NCBI GenBank assembly: GCA_025774935.1
Contig: JALGZK010000001.1
Span: 66,331 to 130,330 of the forward strand
Length of the DNA stretch: 64,000 nucleotides
Direction: 5' to 3'
DNA from: a bacterium
Lineage (GTDB): Bacteria > Joyebacterota > Joyebacteria > Joyebacterales > Joyebacteraceae
Shown here one piece after another: positions 1-9,264 of this stretch (position 1 is its first letter; each line of letters opens with the position of its first letter). The translations under genes were made by a program, and so were the position numbers. Under the pieces are notes generated by a model. That model made no database searches and was not told the origin of the DNA. It saw only the letters and a list, made by a program, of their open reading frames with translations.

Positions 1-11
1 GAACCGACCAG

Positions 12-452
12 TTGATCAAGATCCTCCAGATGTCGATCGCGCCGGTCGCGCTGGTCTCGGGGGTGGGTCTCCTGCTCCTCTCGATGACGAACCGTCTCGG
101 CAGGACGATCGACCGCACGCGCGAGCTCTCCGAGCGTCCGAGACCGGAGGACCGGGACGAGCAGGAACGGGTCTCCGTGCAGATACGTATCCTCTATCGC
201 CGGTCGAAGATCCTGAGGGCCTCTATCATCCTGGCTTCTCTGAGCATCCTGTTCGCGAGCGTCATCGTCTTCTGTCTCTTCGCCATGTACTCGTTCCACG
301 CGAGTCTCCACGCCCTCGTGCTGGTCCTCTGGGGACTCGGAATCGGCTCTCTCGTGCTGTCGCTCGTGTTCTTCATCCACGACATCACGTTGAACCTGCG
401 GGCGCTGGGGCTCATCGTGCGCGAGCACGTCGCGACGCCTCCGGCCGAATAG
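12..452 (+). CDS. DUF2721-like membrane protein (may start before the window)
   Basis: IAPVALVSGVGLLLLSMTNRLGRTIDR motif plus three hydrophobic segments; frame is open to the window edge. Confidence 0.7.
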   Translation: MIKILQMSIAPVALVSGVGLLLLSMTNRLGRTIDRTRELSERPRPEDRDEQERVSVQIRILYRRSKILRASIILASLSILFASVIVFCLFAMYSFHASLHALVLVLWGLGIGSLVLSLVFFIHDITLNLRALGLIVREHVATPPAE

Positions 453-497
453 CCGGGCGTCCTGCGTGTAGAGATGACAGAAGGGAGGTTCGCGCAG

Positions 498-890
498 ATG
501 GGCGGAGGAGCGGCGGCAGCGGCGGCAGCGGCGGCCAAGCGACGCAGAGAGCAGGAGGAGGAACGGATGACGGCCTACGCCAGGGACGACCTCGAGGGCT
601 GGGAGTTCAAGATCGTCCGGTCCATCGATAACCGGTTCAAGAGGCGAGAGAAGCTCGAGCGGCTCTGTCGGGAAGAGGCGACTGCAGGCTGGGAGATGAT
701 CGAGAAGCTCGATAACTCCCGCATCCGCTTCAAGAGGCGGGTCGACAGACGCGTGGCCGACCCGCAGATGCCGATCGACCCGTACCGAACGCAGGTCGGG
801 CTCTCCGAACTCGGCCTCGTCGCAGTGATCATAGGTGTCATGGGGGCAGGCATCGGTCTTCTCTTTCTGTTCCTGGAGGTGTGGAACTAG
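498..890 (+). CDS. Hypothetical protein with C-terminal TM helix (DUF4177-like WEFK motif)
   Basis: GGAGG RBS before ATG 498; poly-Ala N-terminus; GWEFKIV...GWEM; C-terminal TM. Confidence 0.6.
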   Translation: MGGGAAAAAAAAAKRRREQEEERMTAYARDDLEGWEFKIVRSIDNRFKRREKLERLCREEATAGWEMIEKLDNSRIRFKRRVDRRVADPQMPIDPYRTQVGLSELGLVAVIIGVMGAGIGLLFLFLEVWN

Positions 891-899
891 GACGTCGTC

Positions 900-1298
900 G
901 TGGCCTCTCCGCTCTCGAAGAAGCTCCGCGTCCACTCGGGACACCGGATGCGTCTCATCAACGCGCCTAAGGGATACGTCAAGCAGCTGGGAGAACTCCC
1001 CGAGGGCGCGAGGATCGTCCACAAGGGGCACGACGTCTGCGACTTCGGGCACCTGTTCGTTCGAAGCGTCGCCGAGCTCGAGGATCTCGCCCCCGAAGTC
1101 GTCAGGGCCGTGAAGCCTGACGGACTCCTCTGGATCTCCTATCCGAAGAAGACCTCGGGAGTGAAGACCGATATCACGCGAGACGTCGGCTGGGAGGTCA
1201 TGTCGGCGTACGGCCTCCGGCCCGTCGCGCAGATCGCAATCGACAACGTCTGGTCGGCGCTCCGATTCAGGCCGAAGGAACTCGTGGGGAAGAGATGA
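900..1298 (+). CDS. DUF3052-like protein
   Basis: LSKKL..., LWISYPKKTSGVKTDITRD, AIDNVWSALRF. Confidence 0.7.
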   Translation: MASPLSKKLRVHSGHRMRLINAPKGYVKQLGELPEGARIVHKGHDVCDFGHLFVRSVAELEDLAPEVVRAVKPDGLLWISYPKKTSGVKTDITRDVGWEVMSAYGLRPVAQIAIDNVWSALRFRPKELVGKR

Positions 1299-2125
1299 CG
1301 AGACGGGGGATCACGTGGACGGTCGTCGCCGTCCTCCTGGTTGCGGCCTTCCTCGCCTTCTCCCGAACGCGCGCCGGCGTGGCGATCTTCAAGTCCAGGA
1401 GCCACTTCGTCACGTCCGAGGTGGACGCACGCGTGCTCTACGAGCCAGGCGCTGAGGAGATGGCCGCGGGGATCGCCGCGTACCTCCCGCGCGCGATCGC
1501 GCACGTCGAGTCGGTGCACGGCCGGCCGTTCGAAGGACCATTCGTGGTCCGCGTCTGCGCCACTCAGAGGAGCTTCAACGACTTCACGGCCGCCCCGCCC
1601 CAGGGGGGAGCGAGGGGCTCGGCGCTCGCCGACGTCTGGATCGCCCCGCGCGCCTTCTCGTTTCACGGCAGGGACACCCACCGCGGAAGCCTCGTGCACG
1701 AGCTCTCCCACTTCCACGTTCGTCAGCGGCTTGGCTTCGTGCGCAACAAGGCGAACGTCCCGACGTGGTTCCACGAGGGGCTTGCCGACATCGTGTCTGG
1801 AGTGGGCGGCGAGATGGTCACGGACGAGCAGGGGATCGGCGCGCTCCTCGGTGGGTACCGGCTCGTCCCCGACGACATAGGATCACTCTGGCGGACGACG
1901 AACGTGAAGGACTACGGCATCGACTTCCACATGGTCCACGCGCAGTCGAGGCTCTTCACCGCCTACCTATACGACGCCGACCCCGAGGTGTTCAGGGCCT
2001 TCCTCACACGCGTCGAGGACGGGGAGTCCTTCGCGAACTCCTTCAGGAACGCCTTCGGAGACGACGTGACAGCGAAGTGGGACGAGTTCATCGCGAGCCT
2101 CGAGGAGGAGCACCGGGGTCGCTAG
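1295..2125 (+). CDS. Exported zinc metallopeptidase-like protein (peptidase MA-like)
   Basis: N-terminal hydrophobic segment; HELSH followed by PTWFHEGLA. Confidence 0.65.
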   Translation: MTRRGITWTVVAVLLVAAFLAFSRTRAGVAIFKSRSHFVTSEVDARVLYEPGAEEMAAGIAAYLPRAIAHVESVHGRPFEGPFVVRVCATQRSFNDFTAAPPQGGARGSALADVWIAPRAFSFHGRDTHRGSLVHELSHFHVRQRLGFVRNKANVPTWFHEGLADIVSGVGGEMVTDEQGIGALLGGYRLVPDDIGSLWRTTNVKDYGIDFHMVHAQSRLFTAYLYDADPEVFRAFLTRVEDGESFANSFRNAFGDDVTAKWDEFIASLEEEHRGR

Positions 2126-2144
2126 GCGCGTCGCACCGCCCGAG

Positions 2145-2771
2145 ATGGGGGACGGGATGCACTGCCCGAGCTGCAGCGTCGAATTCCGGGACCACGTGAG
2201 GAAGTGTCCCGCGTGCCGAGTGCTCCTCGTCAACGGTCCGCCGCCGAAGCGTCCGAGCCGGGGGCAGGGGATCACCTACGAGGACCTCGTCCGTATGGTG
2301 CGGGGGAACGACGGCCGCCTCTCGGTTCGTCTTACGACGACGGACGTGGCTCGTAACGAGACGTGGCGGTTCGCCTACAGGGGCTTCGGGCACGCGTGGG
2401 CGAGGACGATGGAGGGTGCCAGGGAGGGCGTGCCGGTGGTTTTGAGGGCCGCGGCCGTCGGCGTGAAGGAGCACTCGTGGTGGGTCTACTTCGGGTTCGG
2501 CTACGCGTGGGTGGAGAGGATGGAGGGTCTCGTCGGTGGGAACCCGATTGTCCTGACCGCGACGGACGTAGGTGAGGAACGGGAGATGGGCTTCCCGTAT
2601 CTTGGGTACGGGTACGCATGGACGAAGGAGATGGCGGGGGACTGCGGAGGCGACCTCCGCGCGGCGCTCAAGGTGACCGATGTCGGCAGGCAGAGGCGAG
2701 CGGCGTTTCCGTGCAGGGGCCACGGTCAGGCGTGGGCGAACGCGGCCGTGCTCACGCTCACGGCCCGGTGA
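2145..2771 (+). CDS. Hypothetical protein: zinc ribbon plus four ~37-aa aromatic repeats
   Basis: CPSC...CPAC; repeated L..(T)DV......F.Y.G(F/Y)G.AW...M.G units. Confidence 0.7.
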   Translation: MGDGMHCPSCSVEFRDHVRKCPACRVLLVNGPPPKRPSRGQGITYEDLVRMVRGNDGRLSVRLTTTDVARNETWRFAYRGFGHAWARTMEGAREGVPVVLRAAAVGVKEHSWWVYFGFGYAWVERMEGLVGGNPIVLTATDVGEEREMGFPYLGYGYAWTKEMAGDCGGDLRAALKVTDVGRQRRAAFPCRGHGQAWANAAVLTLTAR

Positions 2772-3064
2772 CGTCCTACACCGCATGTCGTCCGAGCTGA
2801 CGGGCGCTGCACTTGACCGCTCGCGAACCAGCAGCTGGGCGGGCTGCCCCTCCGGTCCGTGACATTGGCCTGCCCCTTCGATCGGTGTTCTTCCTTCTCT
2901 TCGGTGCGATCCACTCCGTGTTCTTCCCACTCAGCTACCCGTACGCCCCGCCCCCCCGTCTCTTCCGTCGACTTCCGCCCTCAAGTATGATAGCTACTGA
3001 GTGGCGGCCTGATTCCGGCCGTCGGTCGGGATGTGGAATCCAATCCACCAATACGGGGAACTGC

Positions 3065-3361
3065 ATGGACACGCGGAAGCGATCGTGGGCGAAATCGCTC
3101 ACCTGGCGCATCCTGGGGATCGTACTCCTGGGACTCATCACCTACATGATCACGAAGGACTGGAAGGAGATGGCCGTCATCACGGTCGTCTTCCACGGGA
3201 TACGCGTCGTCCTGTACTACGCTCACGAGCGGATCTGGGAGAAGATCGACTGGGGAAGGGTGAAACACCCGCTCGCGAGCCTCCCGGTGGATCGGGAGCT
3301 CACGCCCGAGGACATGGACACGGTCAGGGAGCAGCTCAAGTCGCTCGGTTACATCGACTGA
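3065..3361 (+). CDS. DUF2061 membrane protein
   Basis: MDTRKRSWAKSLTWR...YYAHERIWEKIDWG signature. Confidence 0.85.
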   Translation: MDTRKRSWAKSLTWRILGIVLLGLITYMITKDWKEMAVITVVFHGIRVVLYYAHERIWEKIDWGRVKHPLASLPVDRELTPEDMDTVREQLKSLGYID

Positions 3362-3418
3362 GCCGGCAGGGGGAGGCGCGCCCGCGGTCCACGCGGGTGA
3401 AGGCAAAGGAGATCTGTC

Positions 3419-3646
3419 GTGCACGTCAAGATCAGCTACTGCGTTCCTTGAGGATTCGAGGAGCGCGCCGTCCGTGTGGCGGCGGTTCTCGAGACGGAGA
3501 CGGGGATCAGGGCAGAGGTTGTCGAGGGGCCGCACGGGTCGTTCGACGTCGCGGTCGACGGGGAGGTCGTGTACTCGAGGGCGAAGACCGGCGAGCTTCC
3601 GAGCTCAAAGGAGGTCGTCGCTCTCGTGCGTGCGAGGGAGGGCTAG
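3419..3646 (+). CDS. SelW/SelT/SelH (Rdx) family selenoprotein, CxxU motif; TGA 3449-3451 read as Sec
   Basis: AAGGAG RBS, GTG start; translation MHVKISYCVPUGFEERAVRVAAVLETETGIRAEVVEGPHGSFDVAVDGEVVYSRAKTGELP...; not in the ORF track. Confidence 0.9.
3452..3490 (+). promoter_or_regulatory. Putative bacterial SECIS hairpin for the Rdx selenoprotein
   Basis: GCCGTC(3467-3472)/loop CGTGT/GGCGGC(3478-3483); lower stem including GAG 3458-3460 paired with CTC 3488-3490. Confidence 0.75.
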
Positions 3647-3665
3647 GCGCGGAGGTCCGGACGCG

Positions 3666-4412
3666 ATGACCCACGGGACGAAGGCCCCGCTCAAGCTCTA
3701 CCGCGAGCTGGCCACGTGGTGGCCGGTGCTCTCGAACCCCTCCGACTATGCCGACGAGGCGGAGTTCGCACGTAAGCTCTTCACCGAGTCGTGCGACGAG
3801 CTGCCGCGCACCATCCTCGAACTGGGATGCGGAGGCGGGAACAACGCCTCCCATCTGAAGAAGCAGTTCGAGATGACCCTCACGGACATTTCCGCCGAGA
3901 TGCTCGAGGTGAGCCGCTCGCTCAATCCCGAGTGCGAGCACGTGCAGGGCGACATGCGGACTCTCAGGCTCGGTCGCGTCTTCGACGGCGTCTTCGTGCA
4001 CGATGCCGTTACGTACATGACGAGCGAGGGCGATCTCGGGAGCGCGATCGCGACGGCTCACGTTCATTGCCGTCCGGGCGGCGCTGCGGTCTTCATGCCC
4101 GATCACGTGCGGGAGACCTTCCACCCCGACACGAGCCACGGCGGTCACGACCGCGGCGAGCGTGCCCTTCGCTACCTCGAGTGGAGCTGGGACCCCGACC
4201 CGGACGACACCACTTACGTCACTGACATGGTCTACGTGCTCCGCGAGAAGAACGGACGGGCGCGGATAGAGCACGACCGTCACGTCTGCGGGCTCTTCCC
4301 GCGGGACACGTGGCTGCGGCTGCTCGAGGAGGTGGGATTCGAGCCGCGGGTCATCATAGACCAGTACGAGCGCGACGTTTTCGTCGCGAGGAGACCCCAT
4401 GAAGGAGCTTGA
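3666..4412 (+). CDS. Class I SAM-dependent methyltransferase
   Basis: ILELGCGGG motif I; QGDMR; GGAGG RBS. Confidence 0.9.
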   Translation: MTHGTKAPLKLYRELATWWPVLSNPSDYADEAEFARKLFTESCDELPRTILELGCGGGNNASHLKKQFEMTLTDISAEMLEVSRSLNPECEHVQGDMRTLRLGRVFDGVFVHDAVTYMTSEGDLGSAIATAHVHCRPGGAAVFMPDHVRETFHPDTSHGGHDRGERALRYLEWSWDPDPDDTTYVTDMVYVLREKNGRARIEHDRHVCGLFPRDTWLRLLEEVGFEPRVIIDQYERDVFVARRPHEGA

Positions 4413-5358
4413 CGGGCTGAGATGGGTGCCGAGGTGGACCTCGCACATGGGCTGTCTGAAGGGCTGCCTCGACTACCTCGGCGTCGAGGTGAGCGACGCG
4501 TGGCTCTACGGCGCTACCGGCCATGCGTTCGTCATCAACATGCACGAGGTCGTGTGTCCGAGCGGGCCGACGGCCTGGCACACGGGGATGATCCACACGC
4601 TAGCGAAGAACGTGGGATGCGAGGGCGAGGTGCTCTTCGCGACCACTCGGGAGCCCGGGTTCGCGGAAGCAAAGGAGCGCGCGTGGGAGACGTTCCGGTC
4701 CGCGATCGACGAGGGGACTCCGTGCTACGGGTGGGAGCTGGCCGTGCCGGAGTTCTACGTTCTGTACGGATACGACGAGGTGGGCTATCACTTCTCGGGC
4801 TGCGCGCACGACGAGGGCGCCGGACCGAAGCCGTGGCAGGAGCTCGGCGACACGGGCATCGGCTGTCTCGAGCTCGTGAGCGTTCGGGAGGGGACTCCGG
4901 CCGACGACGCGGCGACCGTCCGCGATGCCCTCGCGTTCGCGCTGGAGCACGCAGGGCGTCCCTCGAAGTGGATATTCCCCGGCTACGCGTCGGGGCTCGG
5001 GGCCTACGACACCTGGGTCCGCTCGGTTGAGGCGGGGACCGCTGTCGCGGTCGGAATGGGATACAACTCCCAGGTGTGGGCCGAGTGTCGTATGTATGGT
5101 GTGGGGTTTCTCGAGGAGGCGGGCGAGCGGCTGTCTGCCGGCCTCCGACCGCTCCTCGGAGAGGCGGCCCGCCGCTACAGGGAGGCCGCGGAGTCGCTGC
5201 GCGAGGTGGCTGCCACCTACCCCTTCACGCCGGGGCTGTCCGAGGACGCCATCGGCGTGGACGCGCGCACGGAGGCGGTGGTCGTCGCGCTCAGGAGGGC
5301 GCGCGAGGCGGAGGCCGCAGGGCTCGACTCGCTCGCCGCGATCGTCGCGAGCATCTGA
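4399..5358 (+). CDS. Hypothetical protein (BtrH N-terminal/papain-like candidate)
   Basis: Long ORF overlapping the upstream stop; MGCLKGCLDYLG...WLYGATGHAF, YVLYGYD. Confidence 0.6.
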   Translation: MKELDGLRWVPRWTSHMGCLKGCLDYLGVEVSDAWLYGATGHAFVINMHEVVCPSGPTAWHTGMIHTLAKNVGCEGEVLFATTREPGFAEAKERAWETFRSAIDEGTPCYGWELAVPEFYVLYGYDEVGYHFSGCAHDEGAGPKPWQELGDTGIGCLELVSVREGTPADDAATVRDALAFALEHAGRPSKWIFPGYASGLGAYDTWVRSVEAGTAVAVGMGYNSQVWAECRMYGVGFLEEAGERLSAGLRPLLGEAARRYREAAESLREVAATYPFTPGLSEDAIGVDARTEAVVVALRRAREAEAAGLDSLAAIVASI

Positions 5359-5368
5359 GAGGGGAGTG

Positions 5369-6226
5369 ATGGCGCAGGAGCCGCGGCTGACCTTGAGCAT
5401 CGCCCACGCCGCCGCGTCGCGTCTGGCCTCCGGCCGTCCGGAGGCGAAGTTCCGCGACGGCTATCCGGCGTACGTCCGTGACATCGACGACAACCTGATC
5501 CCGGGCGTCACGCGGTCCGACTTCGCGGACGACCTCCTTGGGGGCGACGGCATCGAGTTCGCGGAGATCGGCGGACAGCCGCCGCGATTCAGCGCCGCGC
5601 ACTCGTCGGCCGCGATCGCCGTCAACACGTTCGCGCCGTTCAGGCGTTCTCCGGAGAGCCTCTCGTTCGCCGGACACTCCGGGTTCACGCTCGCCAGGTT
5701 CGGGAAGCGTCTGAACACGGGTCTCACGGGGTCTCCGCCGTCGCTCGCGTTCTACGCCGCAGGGCCGTCGGGAATCGTGGCGGTAGAGGGGGTCTTCACG
5801 GAGCCTCTCGTCCAGAAGTTCGCGAGCTTCACGCTCGACTACGACCGGGCGATGGCCGACATCGACGATCCTCCCTGGAACGCCGTGTACTCCTCGCTGC
5901 AGCGGGAGCCGAAGCGGTTCAGGAAGCTGGACGCCGCCCAGCTCGTGATGCACTACCTCGGGCTCCACTACAGCCTCCAGGACGAACCGGCCCCGAAGAC
6001 GCTCGTGTATCTGTACTGGGAGCCGACGAACGCGGAGGACGTGGAGGAGTTCCGGGATCACCGATACGAGGTGCTGACGTTCTCTGTAGCCGTCTCGGGC
6101 AGCGCCGTTCCGTTCGTGAGCATGAGCTATCCGGAGTTGTGGGAGCGCTGGGAGGACGAAGCGAGCTGGTCGGGAGCGGCCGAGCACGTTGCACGCCTGA
6201 GGGAGCGATACCTGTTTGCGTTGTGA
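5369..6226 (+). CDS. PGN_0703-like PD-(D/E)xK nuclease-fold protein, apparently degenerate active site
   Basis: AAHSSAAIAVNTFAPF, VAVEGVFTEP, LDAAQLVMHYLGL, LVYLYWEP motifs. Confidence 0.6.
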   Translation: MAQEPRLTLSIAHAAASRLASGRPEAKFRDGYPAYVRDIDDNLIPGVTRSDFADDLLGGDGIEFAEIGGQPPRFSAAHSSAAIAVNTFAPFRRSPESLSFAGHSGFTLARFGKRLNTGLTGSPPSLAFYAAGPSGIVAVEGVFTEPLVQKFASFTLDYDRAMADIDDPPWNAVYSSLQREPKRFRKLDAAQLVMHYLGLHYSLQDEPAPKTLVYLYWEPTNAEDVEEFRDHRYEVLTFSVAVSGSAVPFVSMSYPELWERWEDEASWSGAAEHVARLRERYLFAL

Positions 6227-6311
6227 GCGGCGCGGGCGCACCGCAGACGGCCGGCAGGGTGCAGGATTCGCGGTCGTGTCGGGTACGCGACCGCATCGGG
6301 GAGGGAGCGCA

Positions 6312-6821
6312 ATGACACGATGGCTCGTCGTGCCGGTGATCGTCCTCTGCATGCTCGCCGGCTGCCGGGAGGCCGCGATCGAGGCTCCCGGACCCCTGGA
6401 AGGGTCGTGGAAGATCGTGGAGATCAGGGTCGTCTCGCAGCGAGGGGAGTACACCGACCCCGAGCCCGAGCCGGGCCTGTTCATCTTCGGGAAAGAACAC
6501 TACAGCATGATCTGGATGCCGTTCGGCGAGCCGCTCCTCGACTTCGCTGAGATCTGGAGGCCGACCGACGAGGAGAAGCTCACGAGCTGGAACTCGATCG
6601 TCGTGAACACGGGGACCTACACGTACACCGACTCCACGGTGACGACGTATCCGCTCGTGGCGAAGACGCCCGAGTTCGTGGGCGGCTTCGCGGTCTACGA
6701 CTACCGCGTGGTGGCAGACACGCTCTGGATGGAGATGACCGACTGCATGTCGTCGGGCGACGTGCAGGACCCGGGCATCGGGGTCTACACGATGCCGCTC
6801 AAACTCATCCGCGCGGAGTGA
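6312..6821 (+). CDS. Lipoprotein, lipocalin-like beta-barrel
   Basis: Lipobox LAGC; LEGSWKIV; NTGTYTY. Confidence 0.7.
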   Translation: MTRWLVVPVIVLCMLAGCREAAIEAPGPLEGSWKIVEIRVVSQRGEYTDPEPEPGLFIFGKEHYSMIWMPFGEPLLDFAEIWRPTDEEKLTSWNSIVVNTGTYTYTDSTVTTYPLVAKTPEFVGGFAVYDYRVVADTLWMEMTDCMSSGDVQDPGIGVYTMPLKLIRAE

Positions 6822-7162
6822 GGGGGACACACTTGAGTTGTGACTACCTCTACAGGATCCGGCCGACGCGGACGTCGCTCCTGGCCGAGGGGGCGACTGC
6901 CGAGGAGGACCGCGTCATCACAGAGCACTTCGAGTATCTGAAAGGACTCACCCGCGAACGTGTCGTCCTTCTTGCCGGGCGGACACTCAACAGGGACGAC
7001 ACCGGATTCGGCATCGTGATCTTCCGGGCCGAGTCCGAGGGCGACGCGCGCCGCGTCATGGAGAACGACCCGGCCGTCCAGGCGGGCGTGTTCCGCGCCG
7101 AGCTCTTCCCGTACGGCGTGGCTCTCATCGGCGACGAGCTGTGCGACCGGGCCCGCGGCTAG
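6818..7162 (+). CDS. YciI family protein
   Basis: EHFEYL...LAGRT...GIVIFRAESE...MENDPAV. Confidence 0.8.
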   Translation: MRGTHLSCDYLYRIRPTRTSLLAEGATAEEDRVITEHFEYLKGLTRERVVLLAGRTLNRDDTGFGIVIFRAESEGDARRVMENDPAVQAGVFRAELFPYGVALIGDELCDRARG

Positions 7163-7210
7163 CGCGGTCGCGAGGCTCGGCATGGCCCTCGCTCGGGCCA
7201 GGAGGCGAAA

Positions 7211-7426
7211 GTGGCACAACGGCACACACCGACGTTCCTGATGTGGCTCTACTTCGTGCTCGCGATCGGATCGCCGATGACCGCGGGAATCTACCTCGGG
7301 AAGATCGCGGCCGGCGCCGGCGGCGGGACGATGGACGTGGCGCGCGTCGTTATCTTCGGTCTTCTGGGCACCTTCTGGGCGCTCATGTACGGGAACGCCC
7401 GGAAGGAGAGGGGCTCGCAGGCCTGA
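7211..7426 (+). CDS. Small two-TM membrane protein
   Basis: AGGAGG RBS before GTG; two hydrophobic segments. Confidence 0.6.
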   Translation: MAQRHTPTFLMWLYFVLAIGSPMTAGIYLGKIAAGAGGGTMDVARVVIFGLLGTFWALMYGNARKERGSQA

Positions 7427-7471
7427 CGCTCCGCCCATGGCCGCGCGATTGCGGAGGGAGGGGAATCGTCC

Positions 7472-8293
7472 GTGGGGAAGACCCGGAAGAGGCGGGTCCG
7501 TCTCGTCCACTGGAACGAGGCCGAGAGCAGGGAGCGCGCCGGAGCGCTGCGCGCGGCGGGGTACGTCGTCGACCGCTCGCCAGTCGACCGCGAGGCACTC
7601 AAGGCACTGGCCGCTCGGCCGCCGGACGCGATCGTGATCGACCTCACGCGTGCACCTTCCCAGGGCCGCGACCTCGGGCTCTTCCTCAGGAAGCAGAAGT
7701 CGACGCGAGGCATCCCACTCGTCTTCGCCGGCGGGGAACCGGACAAGGTCACGCGGGTGAAGGAGCTCTTGCCTGACGCTGCGTTCACGACCTGGGCTGG
7801 CGTGGGCGCGCGTCTCCGCAAGGCGGTGACGGCGAAACCGACGGCGCCGGTCGTGCCGAACTCGACCTTCGACGCTTACGCCGGAACGCCGCTCCTCAAG
7901 AAGCTGGGCGTGAAGGAGGGCACCGTCGTCGCTCTCGTCGGCGCGCCGGATGGATTCGAGAAGGCGCTCGGAACGCTTCCCGACGACGCGGTAGTACGGC
8001 GGGGCGCGCGCGGGCGTCCGGACCTCGCGATCTGGTTCGTGAGGTCGCGGAAGGAGCTCGAGGGACGCGTCGAACGGATGAAGGCCTTCGGGTGGCGACA
8101 CGCCCTCTGGATCGTCTGGCCGAAGAAGGCCTCGGGGATCGCGAGCGACGTCTCACAGAAGGTGGTGAGGGAGACGGGGCTCGGCGCGGGGATCGTGGAC
8201 TACAAGGTGTGCTCCGTCGACGAGACGTGGTCGGGACTCAAGTTCGCGAGACGCAAGGCGAACAGCAGAGTGACGAGACTCAAGTCTGGGTGA
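7472..8293 (+). CDS. Receiver-like domain fused to DUF3052-like domain
   Basis: N-terminal PPDAIVIDL...G.DL...LR....TRGIPLVF; C-terminal PLLKKLG...LWIVWPKKASG...DYKVCSVDETWSGLKF. Confidence 0.7.
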   Translation: MGKTRKRRVRLVHWNEAESRERAGALRAAGYVVDRSPVDREALKALAARPPDAIVIDLTRAPSQGRDLGLFLRKQKSTRGIPLVFAGGEPDKVTRVKELLPDAAFTTWAGVGARLRKAVTAKPTAPVVPNSTFDAYAGTPLLKKLGVKEGTVVALVGAPDGFEKALGTLPDDAVVRRGARGRPDLAIWFVRSRKELEGRVERMKAFGWRHALWIVWPKKASGIASDVSQKVVRETGLGAGIVDYKVCSVDETWSGLKFARRKANSRVTRLKSG

Positions 8294-8358
8294 GACCGGG
8301 GGAACTTGATCGGGCGAAGAGCGCGGGCTGGCGCCGCCCGACGGACAGGGAGGTTCAC

Positions 8359-9264
8359 GTGGGACGACAGCCGACTCCTGACAGCGTGTGGCGGATCGAG
8401 TTCGCGAAGGAGGTCATCCGGCCCTATGTGGAGCAGCCGGGCATCAAGATGATCGTCCTCTCCGGCTCGCCGCCGAAAGGACTCTCAGACCAGTACTCGG
8501 ATCTCGATCTCATCGTGTTCTGGGACGCCATCGACGGCGACTGGCTCGAGGCAGAGCCGCTCTCCGGCATCGAGTGCGACCGGAGGTACTTCCGGAAGAT
8601 GGGCGAGGCCGACCTCTATCTCGAGGGGTACTACTTCGGGAACCTGAAGGTCGACTTCGGTCACTCGACTCTCGCGGACTGGAAGGACACCGTCGACGGC
8701 GTGCTCGAGCGCCACGAGTTCGACGCGGACACCTTCGACGCGATCGCGGGGTTCAGAACGTCGCTTCCCCTCGTCGGCGAGGAACTCGCTCTCGACTGGA
8801 AGAGGCGGCTCGAGGAGTACCCGGATGAGATTCGAACGAAGGTCGTCGGCCAGCACATGAGGATGTTCGTTCCGGGCTATCTCCTCAACCAGGCGCTCAA
8901 GCGCGGCGACGTTCTCGCGTACTACGACGGACTGTGCCTGATGTTCAAGAACATGCTGAACATCCTCGCGGGCCTGAACCGGGTGTACATGTCGACCGGC
9001 GAGCCTCGGTGGATCGAGTACTACCTCGGGCTGATGCCCATCCGCCCGGAGAACGCGTGGGAGCGAATGCGCACGGCGCTCGAGTCGGACGGGGAGACGG
9101 CCGTCGAGATTCTCGAGGAGCTCACGGAGGATATCCTCGGGCTCGTCGCGACGCACATGCCGGAGGTCGCCGACCGCGTGGAGCGCATCCGCACGATGCG
9201 TCCGCAGATGGCGGTCGAGGGCACGCCGGACAGACCGGAGATGAGGGAGAGGACGAAGGCGTGA
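8359..9264 (+). CDS. Nucleotidyltransferase-fold protein with helical C-terminal domain
   Basis: LSGSPPKGLSDQYSDLDL (GS...DxD); GGAGG RBS. Confidence 0.7.
   Translation: MGRQPTPDSVWRIEFAKEVIRPYVEQPGIKMIVLSGSPPKGLSDQYSDLDLIVFWDAIDGDWLEAEPLSGIECDRRYFRKMGEADLYLEGYYFGNLKVDFGHSTLADWKDTVDGVLERHEFDADTFDAIAGFRTSLPLVGEELALDWKRRLEEYPDEIRTKVVGQHMRMFVPGYLLNQALKRGDVLAYYDGLCLMFKNMLNILAGLNRVYMSTGEPRWIEYYLGLMPIRPENAWERMRTALESDGETAVEILEELTEDILGLVATHMPEVADRVERIRTMRPQMAVEGTPDRPEMRERTKA

Noticed and set aside
500-540. GCG/GCA trinucleotide run
   Set aside because: It encodes an in-frame poly-Ala tract and is not a separate repeat element.
2772-3064. Possible small minus-strand ORF in the gap before the DUF2061 gene
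   Set aside because: No clear start, RBS or motif; the gap more likely holds a promoter (TATGAT at 2986-2991).
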